Virus record (IMG/VR): IMGVR_UViG_3300045125_000053
Span: 1 to 56,920 of that record
Reading direction: 5' to 3' (one strand)
DNA from: a virus
Taxonomy: Duplodnaviria > Caudoviricetes
DNA: 56,920 nt
The notes beneath the pieces are model-generated. The model did no database searches. It was not told where the DNA came from and saw nothing but the letters and a program-made list of their open reading frames with translations. A program made the position numbers and the translations under genes. Of this stretch, positions 33,232 to 43,900 are shown piece by piece (positions within the stretch are counted from its first letter, which is position 1; the number at the start of each line of letters is the position of its first letter).

Positions 33232-33636
33232 TTATACTAATATTTCAGCAATTCTATTATGCGTTAAAATCCCAACGCTCACCAGATAATCTAACGCTGG
33301 CAATGCTTCATTATAATGCACAACATCAAGCCTTGGATCGTTCATGATAGTTAGCCAGTCTACGACAAATGGATCGGTTGATGCTCTGATTGCAACTCGT
33401 TCTGTTGGTGTGAATCGCAACAGAAACTTAATTGAACTGCATTCAGTTGCTTTTGGTGGTTCTGGCGTTGGTAATGGTGCTGGTGCAGTCCACACGTTGT
33501 TTACTAATTCCCAGCCGTTTTGAACTTCGTCACTGACTTCAGTTGAATAAAATGCCGCCACCTCTGGAGTGAATTGCTCAGAAGGTGCAACTGCTGTATC
33601 TCTAATTTTATTATTTTCTACCCATGCGTATTTCAT
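33232..33636 (-). CDS. Tail-fibre-associated protein
   Basis: MKYAWVENNKI..GWELVNNVWTAP..FLLRFTPTERVAI..LDYLVSVGILTHNRIAEIL. Confidence 0.7.
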   Translation of the reverse strand: MKYAWVENNKIRDTAVAPSEQFTPEVAAFYSTEVSDEVQNGWELVNNVWTAPAPLPTPEPPKATECSSIKFLLRFTPTERVAIRASTDPFVVDWLTIMNDPRLDVVHYNEALPALDYLVSVGILTHNRIAEILV

Positions 33637-33637
33637 A

Positions 33638-34877
33638 TTAGTATCCTGGACACCAAGCTAAAAGAACAAGACCATCGCCGCCCTTTCCTGACAACGAGGC
33701 TGACGCCCCAGATCCACCACCAATACCTGCTGGTATGCTTTGATTTGCCCCAGTAACGCCGCCAGTTCCGCCAAATGGAAGACCTTTTTGATAATTCGTG
33801 CCGCTGTAATTGCCATTAGCACTTCCGCCAATTCCACCACCTACGCCGGCCATATTCACATTGCCCGATGTTCCACTACCTCCAGTTCCTGCGCCTGATA
33901 CGGTTGGGTATGATACCCCGCCACTACTGCCCTGTGACCCCATACCTAACATCATAGAACTAGGATTTAATAGCAATTGTATCCAATCATAAATTGATAC
34001 TAAATCAATTCCTGAAATGCCTATGCTACCAGCAGCCGCCGGAAGAGAGCTAGATACGCCAAATCCACCAAATGTGCTATCAGTAGTTGTTCCAGTAACT
34101 GACGAATCTACACCATTTCCTGCTGACCCTCCACCTCCAGTACCCTTTAGCCCTGTGCTCGTCCCAGTAACATTGCCACCTCTGAATCCGCAGCCTCCGC
34201 CACCTGTCCAACTATTTGCTGCTGCTCCGGTAATATCACCGCCATTGCCGCCATTGATACCTCCACCACCTGTTCCGAGAGTGTTTGCGGTAGCTGAAAT
34301 ATCTCCACCCCTGCCACCATCGCCTAAAAATGATCCACAGGCCCCGCCGCCGGTGTAGTTAGAATTGGCTATATAATTCCCTTTATTTCCCCCTCTGCCG
34401 CCCGACTTTGTAATAGCTTGGCGTAGTCCTGATGTCGAGCCAGCTCCAGCAGCGCCACCTGCTAAAGGACCGTTACTTGATGCAGAGGCAACACCTGCAC
34501 CTCCACCTGTTGCACTCAATAATGATCCTATAGAACTTGTCCCGCCAGCATTACCATTATTGAGTCCAGATACACCTGCGCCACCTGCACCGACTGTAAT
34601 CGTTGGGATTGCTTGACCTGGTATGCAATCCAAAATTCCATAAGCAAAGCCACCGCCACCGCCACCGCTACCACCGGATGTTCCGCCAGTACCTGCACCT
34701 CCACTACCACCCGCCCCAATTACCAGTAACATCATTTGATAAACATCAGCAGGTACTACTTCTGGAGCTATATGTGCCTGGGATTCGTGAATAAGCTCGA
34801 TATTGCGTCCATTGCGGAACAGCTAATTTAGTCTGGTTTCGTACTGGAAAGCCAGCAAGTTGAATATTGCCAGCCAT
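33638..34877 (-). CDS. Glycine-rich tail fibre protein
   Basis: VIGAGGSGG..GGGGGGFA..ITVGAGGAG..GNAGGTSSIG..GKGGDGLVLL; 5' end broken by indels. Confidence 0.8.
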
Positions 34878-35596
34878 TAGTAAAGCCCCGCATTAATGCT
34901 AACTTGGATTGCTGCCGGTAACGCCGAAGCATTAGCTACTAATGCGCCAATAAGCAAATTAGTTGCACCGAGTTGAATGCCTAAATCGTTATAAACGTCA
35001 TTTGCATGACCGAATAACTTAACCGGCAATATTGAATCGCTGTTGCCGCTGTTTGCTGGGACTGGTATTTGACCTGTTTGGACTAATCGAATCAGTCTAA
35101 ATCCAGCGCCTTGAGTTTCGGCAACTGATACGGCTGTTACTCCGCTTAACGTCAATGTCGTTGCGGCTACTGCGGTAATTGTTGCGACTGTGCCATTGTT
35201 TGCCGCCGATACCGCACCATCTAGCATTACCTGATCACCCGCAATCCAGCCATCGGTAATGAATGAGCCTGTTGATCGAGTGATAGTAGCGTTAGTGGTA
35301 GCTGTCGTGGTTGCTGTACCCATGTTGGCGTATAATGTTAACTGCTCGCCGATATAGGTTTTAAGCGACTTAGCCGCCGCGTCAGTTGATGTAACCTTGC
35401 CGTCGATAATCCTAGCGCCGCCCGTTAATACTCGCTGCCTTACGGCTGATTCTCCGGGTTGCGCTGTCTCGCCTGATACTGCTGCAACAACTTGCGCTGG
35501 TGTAACATCCATCAGAATTTTACATTTTGTGGTATTAGTCAGCGTGAGGCTTGAGGTTTTGGCTATCCAATAGCCTGGAAGTGTTCCGTCAATCAT
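34877..35596 (-). CDS. Putative tail protein
   Basis: TITRSTGSFITDGWIAGD..NNGTVATITAVAATTLTL. Confidence 0.65.
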   Translation of the reverse strand: MIDGTLPGYWIAKTSSLTLTNTTKCKILMDVTPAQVVAAVSGETAQPGESAVRQRVLTGGARIIDGKVTSTDAAAKSLKTYIGEQLTLYANMGTATTTATTNATITRSTGSFITDGWIAGDQVMLDGAVSAANNGTVATITAVAATTLTLSGVTAVSVAETQGAGFRLIRLVQTGQIPVPANSGNSDSILPVKLFGHANDVYNDLGIQLGATNLLIGALVANASALPAAIQVSINAGLY

Positions 35597-35605
35597 TTCA
35601 TATCC

Positions 35606-36289
35606 TTATGCGAATGTTGCTAGTCGTGCGCGTCTAACTGCACGTTCTACTGTTTGTTTTGGAACGATATCCGAATCTAACTGAATCGTTCCGCTTTTGT
35701 CTGATAGCGTTAGCGTCCGAGTCGTCGCGGTTGTTAAGTTTGATAAGCTGAATTTTAACTGCTTAGTGTTATCTGTATAATTCTTAACAATCTGATTATT
35801 ATCAGTGAATGCCGCCGTTCCCGCTGCAACTGCCGCACTTGCTGCCGCTGCTGCTGCTGAATCTGCTGCGCTATTGACTGCATTAAATGCTGAAACTAAA
35901 TGAAACGCGCCTGTTGAGGATGAGTAGCGCAAAAGACACGGCAAACCTGCTTTAATATCACCTGCCGCCACATCAGACCCTGATCCAAGCTTGATTGATT
36001 TAACCCCCAACCCATTGACATTAATTGTCGATACGCCTGTATTGTCAAATAATGGAGTGAATTCAATTGGCTGACCGTCGTATAAAGTAACAGTCGTATA
36101 TGGTGTGGTGACAATGTAATTATTAGCCGTGCCGGTGTCTGTGCCGTAGAAAACCTTGCCAATTGCTAATAGAAATTCATCAGGAAGTAATTCAAACGCT
36201 GTTGTAACAGCATCCGATAAATCGTTGATATGCTCAACTTTGGTTAGCGTCCCAGCTAAAGCCCTTGAGGGTTGGTTGAATGTAGACAT
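35606..36289 (-). CDS. Tail fibre proximal protein
   Basis: DTGTANNYIVT..NTGVSTINVNGLGVKSI..GDIKAG; LTTATTRTLTLSDKSGT. Confidence 0.75.
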   Translation of the reverse strand: MSTFNQPSRALAGTLTKVEHINDLSDAVTTAFELLPDEFLLAIGKVFYGTDTGTANNYIVTTPYTTVTLYDGQPIEFTPLFDNTGVSTINVNGLGVKSIKLGSGSDVAAGDIKAGLPCLLRYSSSTGAFHLVSAFNAVNSAADSAAAAAASAAVAAGTAAFTDNNQIVKNYTDNTKQLKFSLSNLTTATTRTLTLSDKSGTIQLDSDIVPKQTVERAVRRARLATFA

Positions 36290-38378
36290 TATCTAACTAA
36301 TCTCCTTGTCGTATACTGAAATATTACTCCATCAAACTTATGACCTAAATCAATGGCACTCTTAGCGTGTAATACCAGACTAATATTCGTCCCTTCTCCC
36401 GCAATTTGTAGCTCAGGCTGATAAACTAATTGCGAATCATAATAATATATTGTATTCCATGTTGAGACATTCCAAAAGCCTCCAACGCCTTTTATATCAA
36501 ATAGTTGTTGAATGTGTGTTGATGTAAATGGGTTGCCATAACTAAACTCTGGATGCAGGCCAACTTCGGAATATCCGTAACTTGTCATTTCCAGTAATAA
36601 CTTTCTATACTGTTTTAAATAATTAGGGGATTTATTGTTATTGAATGCCAGCACTAAATTAGATTCAATCTCTGCGCCGTCAAACGATGAGCCTTTATTG
36701 GCTTGATAAACCCAACCGTCAGAACTGCCCAAATAAATAACATCGTCGCCGGTATCGTCCTCACCACTCCAGGCGCATGTAACTGTGAATGGATATGAGA
36801 ATTCAGTATAGCGGTGTTCTTCGCTACCGGCTGAGGATGAGTTAGCAATTGATGATGTAGCTGTGCCGCCTTGGGCAACAGTCATAATCAATCCTGTGCC
36901 ATCGCTTCCATAAAATCTTATTTGGTTTTTAGTTTTATATGCAGTCGTGCAAACTAATAACTTCTTGATTCTGTTAGCTTCCATTTGAACCTTGCGCGAA
37001 ATGGTCTCCTTGTCGAAATTACCATACGCTTGGGTTGTGGTCAGCTTGATGATGCCACGATCATCTAGTAAATAAGTATAGTCTACCGTTTCTGCACCGT
37101 AATGAATGCAGCCGGTATTAGCTGAAATTACATCCAGCTTGAAATCTAGCGTCGATGAGCCTGACAACTGGTGTGTTGTGTTGCGCGTCATCACGGCTAA
37201 TACATCGCCCGGTTGTGATTTTAGAGGGTGATATCATCGCCAACGGCTATTTCAGAAGCGCCAGTTATGGCGGTCCATTCGTAGGGTACGCCAACCCCGC
37301 TATTCTGCAATGAACCCTTGAACGATAAAAATAACATGCGTTTATGCGCAGCTATATGCTTAGGCGTATCGGTTGCCATGCCGGTACGAATCGGCACATA
37401 AACCGAGCCGTCAAATTCAAACGCTTTATTAACTCCATCACAGCCATAGATTCTCAACGTATTACTTGAGCCGTAAAAGTTGTAGACGACCATTTCATAG
37501 CGTCCATTCGGTGCAATCGTGATAGCTGTTGCAAGGCTTGAAGCGGTAGCTTTAGTCACTCCGCCGATTTGCAAAGCATTTGTTGCATTGAATGTGCCTG
37601 AAATACTACTGATAATCAAACGTCCTGCTGCTGTGCCGCCAAGGTATGCGCCTGATTCTAATACTTGTCTTTCAACTTTAGCAGTTGCGCCGCTAACTAA
37701 TTGTGTAACAGTATCGCCATCAGTTATTGCTGCCGATCCACCAGTGAATGATATTTCGTAATACGTTGGAACATTGACCCACCCTGCTACAGTCGATTTA
37801 TAGATAGCTGCGGCTGTGCCTAGTGCATTATTTCTAAAGCAATATGTAACGCCATTAAGGACAACAACGCCGAGAATCCCGCCTGATCCTGGTGGCTTTT
37901 CAATAAATGCCCGGTAATATTCCGCTGACTCATACAGAGCCATTGCATTGTTATAGCCTTCTGCATAGCCTTTTTCATGCGGCGTTTGTGTGATCGTGCC
38001 GACTGTGATAGACGATCTTGAAATGCTCTCTAGTGTGAATGTGCCGACAACTGCGGTTACTGCCAGTTCATCATCTGTGACATACGAGACAACACCAGTC
38101 GCCCCGCTGAGAACGCCGGTAATAATATCACCGACCGATACTGTATAGATAAGCGATACATCTAAATGAATATACGTTGCGTCAGACGGCCTTGCACGTC
38201 CATCGTAGCGTTCATACCCATCAATGCGACGATAGCCACCGAGTGATGAACACTCATAGTTATAGGCCATAATTGCAGAACCCGGATAAATTGCAAGCGC
38301 CGGGGATTCTAAATCTAAGCCGCTATCAAGCTTTATATATTCTGTTTTGACATCGCAACGGGGAATGGTTTTATTCAT
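36289..38378 (-). CDS. Tail nozzle/stabilisation protein (P22 gp10 or tubular protein B-like), indel near 37220
   Basis: Beta-rich ~700 aa directly after the adaptor gene; GGYRRIDGYERYDG, HIAAHKRMLFLSF. Confidence 0.7.
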
Positions 38379-39046
38379 GCGAGTGTTTGACCCCACGTGG
38401 CTAATGGGGTTTGGCTGCGCTTCATTTCATGCATGAGTTTGCGGTATTCGTTTTCGGCGAACACATAACGCTCGTCGGCTGCATAATAGTTCGCGTAATA
38501 CATTAGCGCCTTCCATACTATCGCCATGTGAAACCGAGCAGGAAAAACTGGCTCATCAGTATTATTAATGAGTGTTTGCGCCTTCATAAAGTATTCGCCG
38601 TGAATGGTAAATACGGCTGATGGGATAGGCCAAAATGTCAGCGCCATATCAGGTTGTTGCGCTACATAAACAGGATAGCCCTGCGCTGTGCGAGTCGTGC
38701 CAATGCGAAATGCATTATCGAAATAATCCCAACTGACTGGGATCATATATTGTTCGGTGACGGTGTTTTCAGGTTTGACCTTGAATTTATTCATAGCCCA
38801 CTCGCCAAATTCAGGCAATCCGACTGCTGTGGCGGTGTAGATCTGTTCACCTGCAATAGTGTCAAAACTGAATGGCTGACGCATAAATGACCAATGAATC
38901 TGATCATTCTGGATATGCTGATATGCTCGATTAATCCAGTCAACTACTTGTTTCATCTGTCCCGTTTGATTTAGAACTGATGATGGACCTGACCCACTCA
39001 TAGCCGCTTCTTCCCTGAGTGTGCGGCAAAGTTCTAGGAAAGTCAT
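38375..39046 (-). CDS. Head-tail adaptor (tubular protein A-like)
   Basis: MTFLELCRTLREE..WINRAY..WSFMR..FWPIPS..FHMAIVWKAL. Confidence 0.75.
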   Translation of the reverse strand: MTFLELCRTLREEAAMSGSGPSSVLNQTGQMKQVVDWINRAYQHIQNDQIHWSFMRQPFSFDTIAGEQIYTATAVGLPEFGEWAMNKFKVKPENTVTEQYMIPVSWDYFDNAFRIGTTRTAQGYPVYVAQQPDMALTFWPIPSAVFTIHGEYFMKAQTLINNTDEPVFPARFHMAIVWKALMYYANYYAADERYVFAENEYRKLMHEMKRSQTPLATWGQTLA

Positions 39047-39071
39047 TAGCTTGCTAAAATATTATTATATT

Positions 39072-39334
39072 TCACTCTACAATTCCCCAGTCATCAGCTA
39101 ACAAATCTGTTTGAGAAACCAACCAAGGCACGATTTGGTTGTCTGCCGTTTTCATATCAACGTGGGCATGATATTTAATATCAGTTCCTTCGGGATAAAT
39201 TCCAAGCAACGGCGGTCTACTCACTTTAAATTCTGAGCCTGGAACAAGAAAAACAAACATCCCTTTTCCGTTCCACCCTTCTCTTGAAACTTTTTACCTG
39301 CTTTGATCGCAATTAATGCATCACTGAAATTCAT
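39072..39334 (-). CDS. DUF2829-family (Tad2-like) protein; 1-nt deletion near 39295
   Basis: Reconstructed [30 protein letters not shown]...VPWLVSQTDLLADDW. Confidence 0.85.
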
Positions 39335-39350
39335 ATATTTTTACCTTTTA

Positions 39351-39800
39351 TTAGCTTGCGAGAATCTTGGTTAACCAGTCATAGCCACGTGGGTTGTCGT
39401 CGCGTATGACTGTAAATGGAAATCTTGAGTGCGTGTTGCGATGAATCAGGTTAACGTCGCGTTGCCCCATTTCTGTTTCTGTAGCTACGTTGGTAGTTTT
39501 ACTGTTCGCCAGGATTTCAACAAACTTGCGCTTAACGATTGTCGGAATACCTACAGGAATCCAGATGGTTTCGCCGTTGCAACTGATTGAAATCGGATAT
39601 TGACCTGATGCTTCAGTAGATCGTGAAATACTGATAGTTACCGGGTCTTCCATAAATTTTAATTCAGCCAGATAGTTTTCATGGCTCAAATTAATATCTA
39701 CCGGGATAATCTCATCCCCTTCACGGTTCTGTGATAAATCTACAGGTGGCATCTGTCCGATTGCAAAATCATCTGTTCCGTAACTTCTAGGTCGTGCCAT
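39351..39800 (-). CDS. Hypothetical head-module protein
   Basis: Intact ORF with AAGGA RBS. Confidence 0.7.
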   Translation of the reverse strand: MARPRSYGTDDFAIGQMPPVDLSQNREGDEIIPVDINLSHENYLAELKFMEDPVTISISRSTEASGQYPISISCNGETIWIPVGIPTIVKRKFVEILANSKTTNVATETEMGQRDVNLIHRNTHSRFPFTVIRDDNPRGYDWLTKILAS

Positions 39801-39819
39801 TGTGTAATGTCCTTATGTA

Positions 39820-39847
39820 AAAAAGCCCCGGTGGTTTAGGCCGGGGC
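39820..39847 (-). terminator. Intrinsic terminator after the capsid genes
   Basis: Minus strand GCCCCGG-loop-CCGGGGC-TTTTTT. Confidence 0.75.
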
Positions 39848-39854
39848 AGATTGT

Positions 39855-40217
39855 TTAGCCAATGATTTTAAACGCAACAACTTTGCTTGCGGCAATCACG
39901 CCGAGAGTTGCGTCCTGCAAGACCCGAACATATTTACCAGTCACAATCAAAGCTGAGGACGTGGTATCTAAAGTTCTGGTCCCTGCTGCAACGGTTTTAA
40001 CCCATCTATCAGTTGCCATGCCTTTGTACCACTCTAATTTGATACGATCTGTCACGTTATCAATACAGATATAACGCGGCTCAAAACCTGTATCAATTTG
40101 GGCGTAGTCAGTAGTTGTAATTGATGTAGCGTCGAAAGTAATCGTCCCGATTGCTACGTTAGAGACTGACTCATTATATTGAGCCAGTGTTTGTCCTGCT
40201 GTATTAACTGCCATGTT
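39855..40217 (-). CDS. Putative capsid decoration/minor head protein
   Basis: Directly after the MCP; beta-rich; GGAG RBS. Confidence 0.6.
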   Translation of the reverse strand, partial: NMAVNTAGQTLAQYNESVSNVAIGTITFDATSITTTDYAQIDTGFEPRYICIDNVTDRIKLEWYKGMATDRWVKTVAAGTRTLDTTSSALIVTGKYVRVLQDATLGVIAASKVVAFKIIG

Positions 40218-40226
40218 CAAATCTCC

Positions 40227-41309
40227 TTATAGTGCAGTTGTGCCAACGTAGGCGACAGCCATCCAGTTGTCGTTTTCGATCAAGGTGGCCTTGTACCACA
40301 GAGCGCCATAGAAGCCGCGCTGCCCCAATGGATCGGATTTTGATTTCTCGCCTGGAGGAATGTAGGTAGGATCAACTGACTCACGACCACGCAACGCGAT
40401 TTGTGAGAATGCATTTTCACCCATGATGATGATTGGGAAAACATCGGCATTAGTAGTAGCTGTTGACGTTTGCAACGTGGTATATGTACCAGTTGACGCG
40501 CCAGCAGAGATGCGAGCCGGTAAATCAGGGCATCCGATAAAACGGAAACGCTCGACTTTGCCGATTTCACCCTCGATAGGAGTGCCGCTGGCATATTTCT
40601 CGGTAGGCGTAAACCCTGCTAATCCACGAACATCAGGTTCCAAATCAGTGTGAACGTAAACCAAATACGCTTCTTGCACCGGGTCAGTACCATAGTTGCC
40701 AGATGCTTTCAGCACATTAGTAATAGGCATCGCGTGATTCGCTTGCAGATTACGCACGATTTTTCTGATCAGGTTCAACGTCAATACAGCGTTAACCGTT
40801 GCAATGCTAGTACCTGTGCCGCCGTAATACACATTAGTGCAGCCTTGCAAAGCGCCATAAACGATCATCTCATTCACTAAAGTGATGCGTTGACCGATTT
40901 GATCTTTCATCGCTTGCGGAATATCATCTTCATATAAATCGGCTGTTTGGTTTGTGAAACCATACAGACATGAGTATTCCTGTAGAATAGCCGTGTAATC
41001 TAACGGGATGATGCTATCTGGTGATGGTGTTACACCTTCAACAGACTTATTAGCATCAATGACCGCTTGACCACGATCAACACCGACTTGAGCAGTACCA
41101 GTTGGGAAAAACTGGTTGTGCAGTGCTTTGGTTGCAGTAGCGTTGTACGGAACCCATTTTCTAGCAACGTATGTTTTGCTAGAGTTTTTGGGCATCCGAA
41201 TCTGACGACCAACTTTACTAAGCCGTTCTGTCACCATCGCAGCTTTGATAATGTCACCTTTGAATTTCTCAATTCGCCCCGGTGTAAGGGCATAACTTTG
41301 AATAGCCAT
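40227..41309 (-). CDS. Major capsid protein (N4-gp56-like family)
   Basis: MPKNSSKT, EGVTPS, YVHTDLEPDVR, EIGKVERFRFI, KSDPLGQRG. Confidence 0.9.
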   Translation of the reverse strand: MAIQSYALTPGRIEKFKGDIIKAAMVTERLSKVGRQIRMPKNSSKTYVARKWVPYNATATKALHNQFFPTGTAQVGVDRGQAVIDANKSVEGVTPSPDSIIPLDYTAILQEYSCLYGFTNQTADLYEDDIPQAMKDQIGQRITLVNEMIVYGALQGCTNVYYGGTGTSIATVNAVLTLNLIRKIVRNLQANHAMPITNVLKASGNYGTDPVQEAYLVYVHTDLEPDVRGLAGFTPTEKYASGTPIEGEIGKVERFRFIGCPDLPARISAGASTGTYTTLQTSTATTNADVFPIIIMGENAFSQIALRGRESVDPTYIPPGEKSKSDPLGQRGFYGALWYKATLIENDNWMAVAYVGTTAL

Positions 41310-41338
41310 TTGCTAAAATCCTTTTAAAATTAATCCTT

Positions 41339-42218
41339 TAATTGAACGCTGATAGAAACCAATCTTCTGCGCTCATTCCCTCGTCAAACTCTCCGGAGCC
41401 TGACGGCGCAACAGCCGACTCAATGCGTCTTTTGTTGCTTGCCTTTTTTCTTGCTGCTGCTGTTTTAATGCAGCATCTCGCTGTTTATTCCATTCGATCA
41501 GCGCCTCTTTTGCTTCCTGATAAAACTCAGGATCAAGTGATTTGCTTAACTGATCTTTAACTTCGGCATTTAGTAATGATTCGCGCCACTCGTTAAAGTT
41601 GTCTAACTGAGTGAGTGATCGTCTTTCTTTAAATGCTGAAATTGAATCAATAATCTCAACTGGGTTCCAGGTTGTATTTAGCCTGTCCCTGTCCTCTTGA
41701 TTTAATTGATTCTTGAATTCCTCGAACTCTGTTGAGTCGTTGATTCTGCGCCAATCTCTGTGCGCTGAGGTAACGAGCTGTAACGCATGTTCGCGTTTGA
41801 TTTCATCGAGTTTTTCACTGTAATCAACAGTATTGCTAGACAGCGATAATTCAGACAAATCCTGAGCCAGCTTTGCCGCTGCATCATCGCCAAATTCTTC
41901 ACGAAAGTTTTTCAGGCTTTCAGTCGATATTTGCCGAGGTGGGGCGGTTTTAGGTTGCTGTTTTAGTTCAAGAATATAGCGATTTAGTTCGCCTATTTTG
42001 CCATGTAATTTATCGTTAGTTTGTCTGAGTTGGTCTGCAAATTCTTGCCGCAATAACTCTAACTCTGATGGACCTTGCGGTTCTTCGATGACGGTTTCTT
42101 CAAGTGCCGCTTCGACTGGTTGCTGTGGCTCATCAGTTACGGGCGTTCCTTCGTCGGCAACTTCAATGCTATTGTCAAATGCACTATCAAAACTGTTTTG
42201 TAAATCTTGCTCGTCCAT
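41339..42218 (-). CDS. Putative scaffolding protein
   Basis: Acidic helical protein directly upstream of the MCP; 3' indel. Confidence 0.7.
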
Positions 42219-42268
42219 GTTACTTCCCTGTCGGCCTTCCTGGCAGACTAATTAATTCGCCGGTATCG

Positions 42269-42454
42269 CTAGCGGCTGTTGTCCAAAAATCGTTTTAACT
42301 CTTTGATTTCCTGAAGCTTTCCTCTTAATAGTGCGGATTCAATTTCGGGCTGAATCGGCTCTAGTCTAGTCCTCAGTAGTGCTAGTCGCTCATCTGAGTA
42401 TTCGCAGAGTTTGAAATACAAATCGGTTAATTTGTCTACCTCAGTAATCATCAT
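42269..42454 (-). CDS. Small head-module protein
   Basis: SALLRGKLQEIKELKRF; precedes the scaffold gene. Confidence 0.6.
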   Translation of the reverse strand: MMITEVDKLTDLYFKLCEYSDERLALLRTRLEPIQPEIESALLRGKLQEIKELKRFLDNSR

Positions 42455-42474
42455 ATTTAATTATAGCACAATCT

Positions 42475-42996
42475 TTATAAATCAAGTACATACCTGTCTG
42501 TTAATCCTTTTTCATATTTTTGCTGCACTTTTGCTGTGGCTTCAGCTTTTGTCACGGTTCCATCTTTGTTTTTATCCAACCCTGAATTTTGCCGGTACGC
42601 AATGCCGCCGCTGAATATCTCAGTGTTTTCGGGTTGTCCGATATATTTCGGCATGAGTATTGACATGTACATATCAGATAGCGTATCAATCCGGTGCGCG
42701 TAAGGTTTGAAATAAAGCTTAACGAAATCAAGCTGTTGTATTGCTGACATTGCAGCTAATCTATCAGTGGTGGTTTTGAGATATTTAGCGGTGCTTGGCA
42801 TAAATTGAATGAGGCCAACGGCTCCACTTCCAGCGGCATTTTTGATTGACGGGCTAAATGTTTCGCCTGATTCAAACGCAATGCAGCTCATTAGCCACGA
42901 TGCGTGTTCATCGCTCCAATCAAAACCAGAATTAATTTCAAGAATTTTATCTACGAATTTTTGGGAGACTGCGCGGCCCCATGCTAATTGACTCAT
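42475..42996 (-). CDS. Endolysin, lytic transglycosylase-like
   Basis: LMSCIAFESGETFSPS..SGAVGLIQFMPSTA..QLDFV..YRQNSGLDKNKDGTVT. Confidence 0.85.
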   Translation of the reverse strand: MSQLAWGRAVSQKFVDKILEINSGFDWSDEHASWLMSCIAFESGETFSPSIKNAAGSGAVGLIQFMPSTAKYLKTTTDRLAAMSAIQQLDFVKLYFKPYAHRIDTLSDMYMSILMPKYIGQPENTEIFSGGIAYRQNSGLDKNKDGTVTKAEATAKVQQKYEKGLTDRYVLDL

Positions 42997-43349
42997 AATT
43001 TGATATGCGGTGATAGTTTATCGAAAAGCCAGATACCGGCAGCTACTAACACGCCAAGAATCCAGCCAGCCCCATTCACAAAGCTGCGTTGATTTGAAAC
43101 GGTTTTTTCGATATGACCAATCCTAATTATCATATCCTCTCGAAAATCCTGCTGGGCTTCACTGAGTTCCTTAATTGAATCCTTTAATTCTTTGATACAA
43201 TCTTTGATGTCCATATTGTTACCTGCTAATATTCTCAGCGGTGTACAGGGCGGCTGATGATTGTCAGTATGCCGGTTTCCATAATTATTCGGGTTCCTGC
43301 GTTCAAAATCCATCAAATAGAAATCTTCCGTGACTTCTGCTTTTTCCAT
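42993..43349 (-). CDS. Lysis-region protein with a coiled coil and C-terminal TM helix
   Basis: Heptad pattern then GAGWILGVLVAAGIWLF. Confidence 0.6.
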   Translation of the reverse strand: MEKAEVTEDFYLMDFERRNPNNYGNRHTDNHQPPCTPLRILAGNNMDIKDCIKELKDSIKELSEAQQDFREDMIIRIGHIEKTVSNQRSFVNGAGWILGVLVAAGIWLFDKLSPHIKL

Positions 43350-43576
43350 TAGTTTCTCAGTTTAGCTACCGCTAACTCTAGTCCTAAATTTAATAAAAAC
43401 CCAGCAATCGTTAATCCGAGTTTTGCAAAAAGCTCCAACGCCTCATTGCGTTTCTGCGCCCCTGATTTATTCGGATCTTCGACAATATGGACAATTGCTT
43501 GTAAATGCCCCCAGGCTTCAGAGCCGAGTAAATAAGCGGCAAACCGATCAATAATTATTTTTTTCATAGTTTGCAA
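43349..43576 (-). CDS. Small lysis-region protein (holin-like)
   Basis: KSGAQKRNEAL..FLLNLGLELAVAKL. Confidence 0.55.
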   Translation of the reverse strand: MQTMKKIIIDRFAAYLLGSEAWGHLQAIVHIVEDPNKSGAQKRNEALELFAKLGLTIAGFLLNLGLELAVAKLRN

Positions 43577-43618
43577 TCAAATCCGAATGTTAGGTTATTA
43601 ATAGACATTTGCTCAGGG

Positions 43619-43900
43619 TTATTGTTTACTACGCTTGGTTGGCAATCCAACGCTCTCAGATGTCGCTGCGGTAACGAACATTGTGTAAACAGAGTAAACA
43701 GCATAAACGCCAGCAGCGATTTGATTAACCGTAGCATCAGTAACACCCTCTAAATTCGGGATAAATGGCAATGCAGCCGACAATAAACCAGCAATTGCAC
43801 TAACCGCTATTGCTTGTTTTTTCCATGTCTCTGAGTTAGCTAGTTTTTCACCATAATTAATAGCATCACGCGCCGCTAAAATCTTCGTAAATAAACTCAT
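43619..43900 (-). CDS. Putative holin (two TM segments)
   Basis: Two hydrophobic helices, ending ATSESVGLP; AGGAG RBS before ATG 43900. Confidence 0.6.
   Translation of the reverse strand: MSLFTKILAARDAINYGEKLANSETWKKQAIAVSAIAGLLSAALPFIPNLEGVTDATVNQIAAGVYAVYSVYTMFVTAATSESVGLPTKRSKQ

Noticed and set aside
33232-36289. Diversity-generating retroelement or invertible tail-fibre cassette
   Set aside because: No reverse transcriptase, invertase or TR/VR repeat pair was seen.
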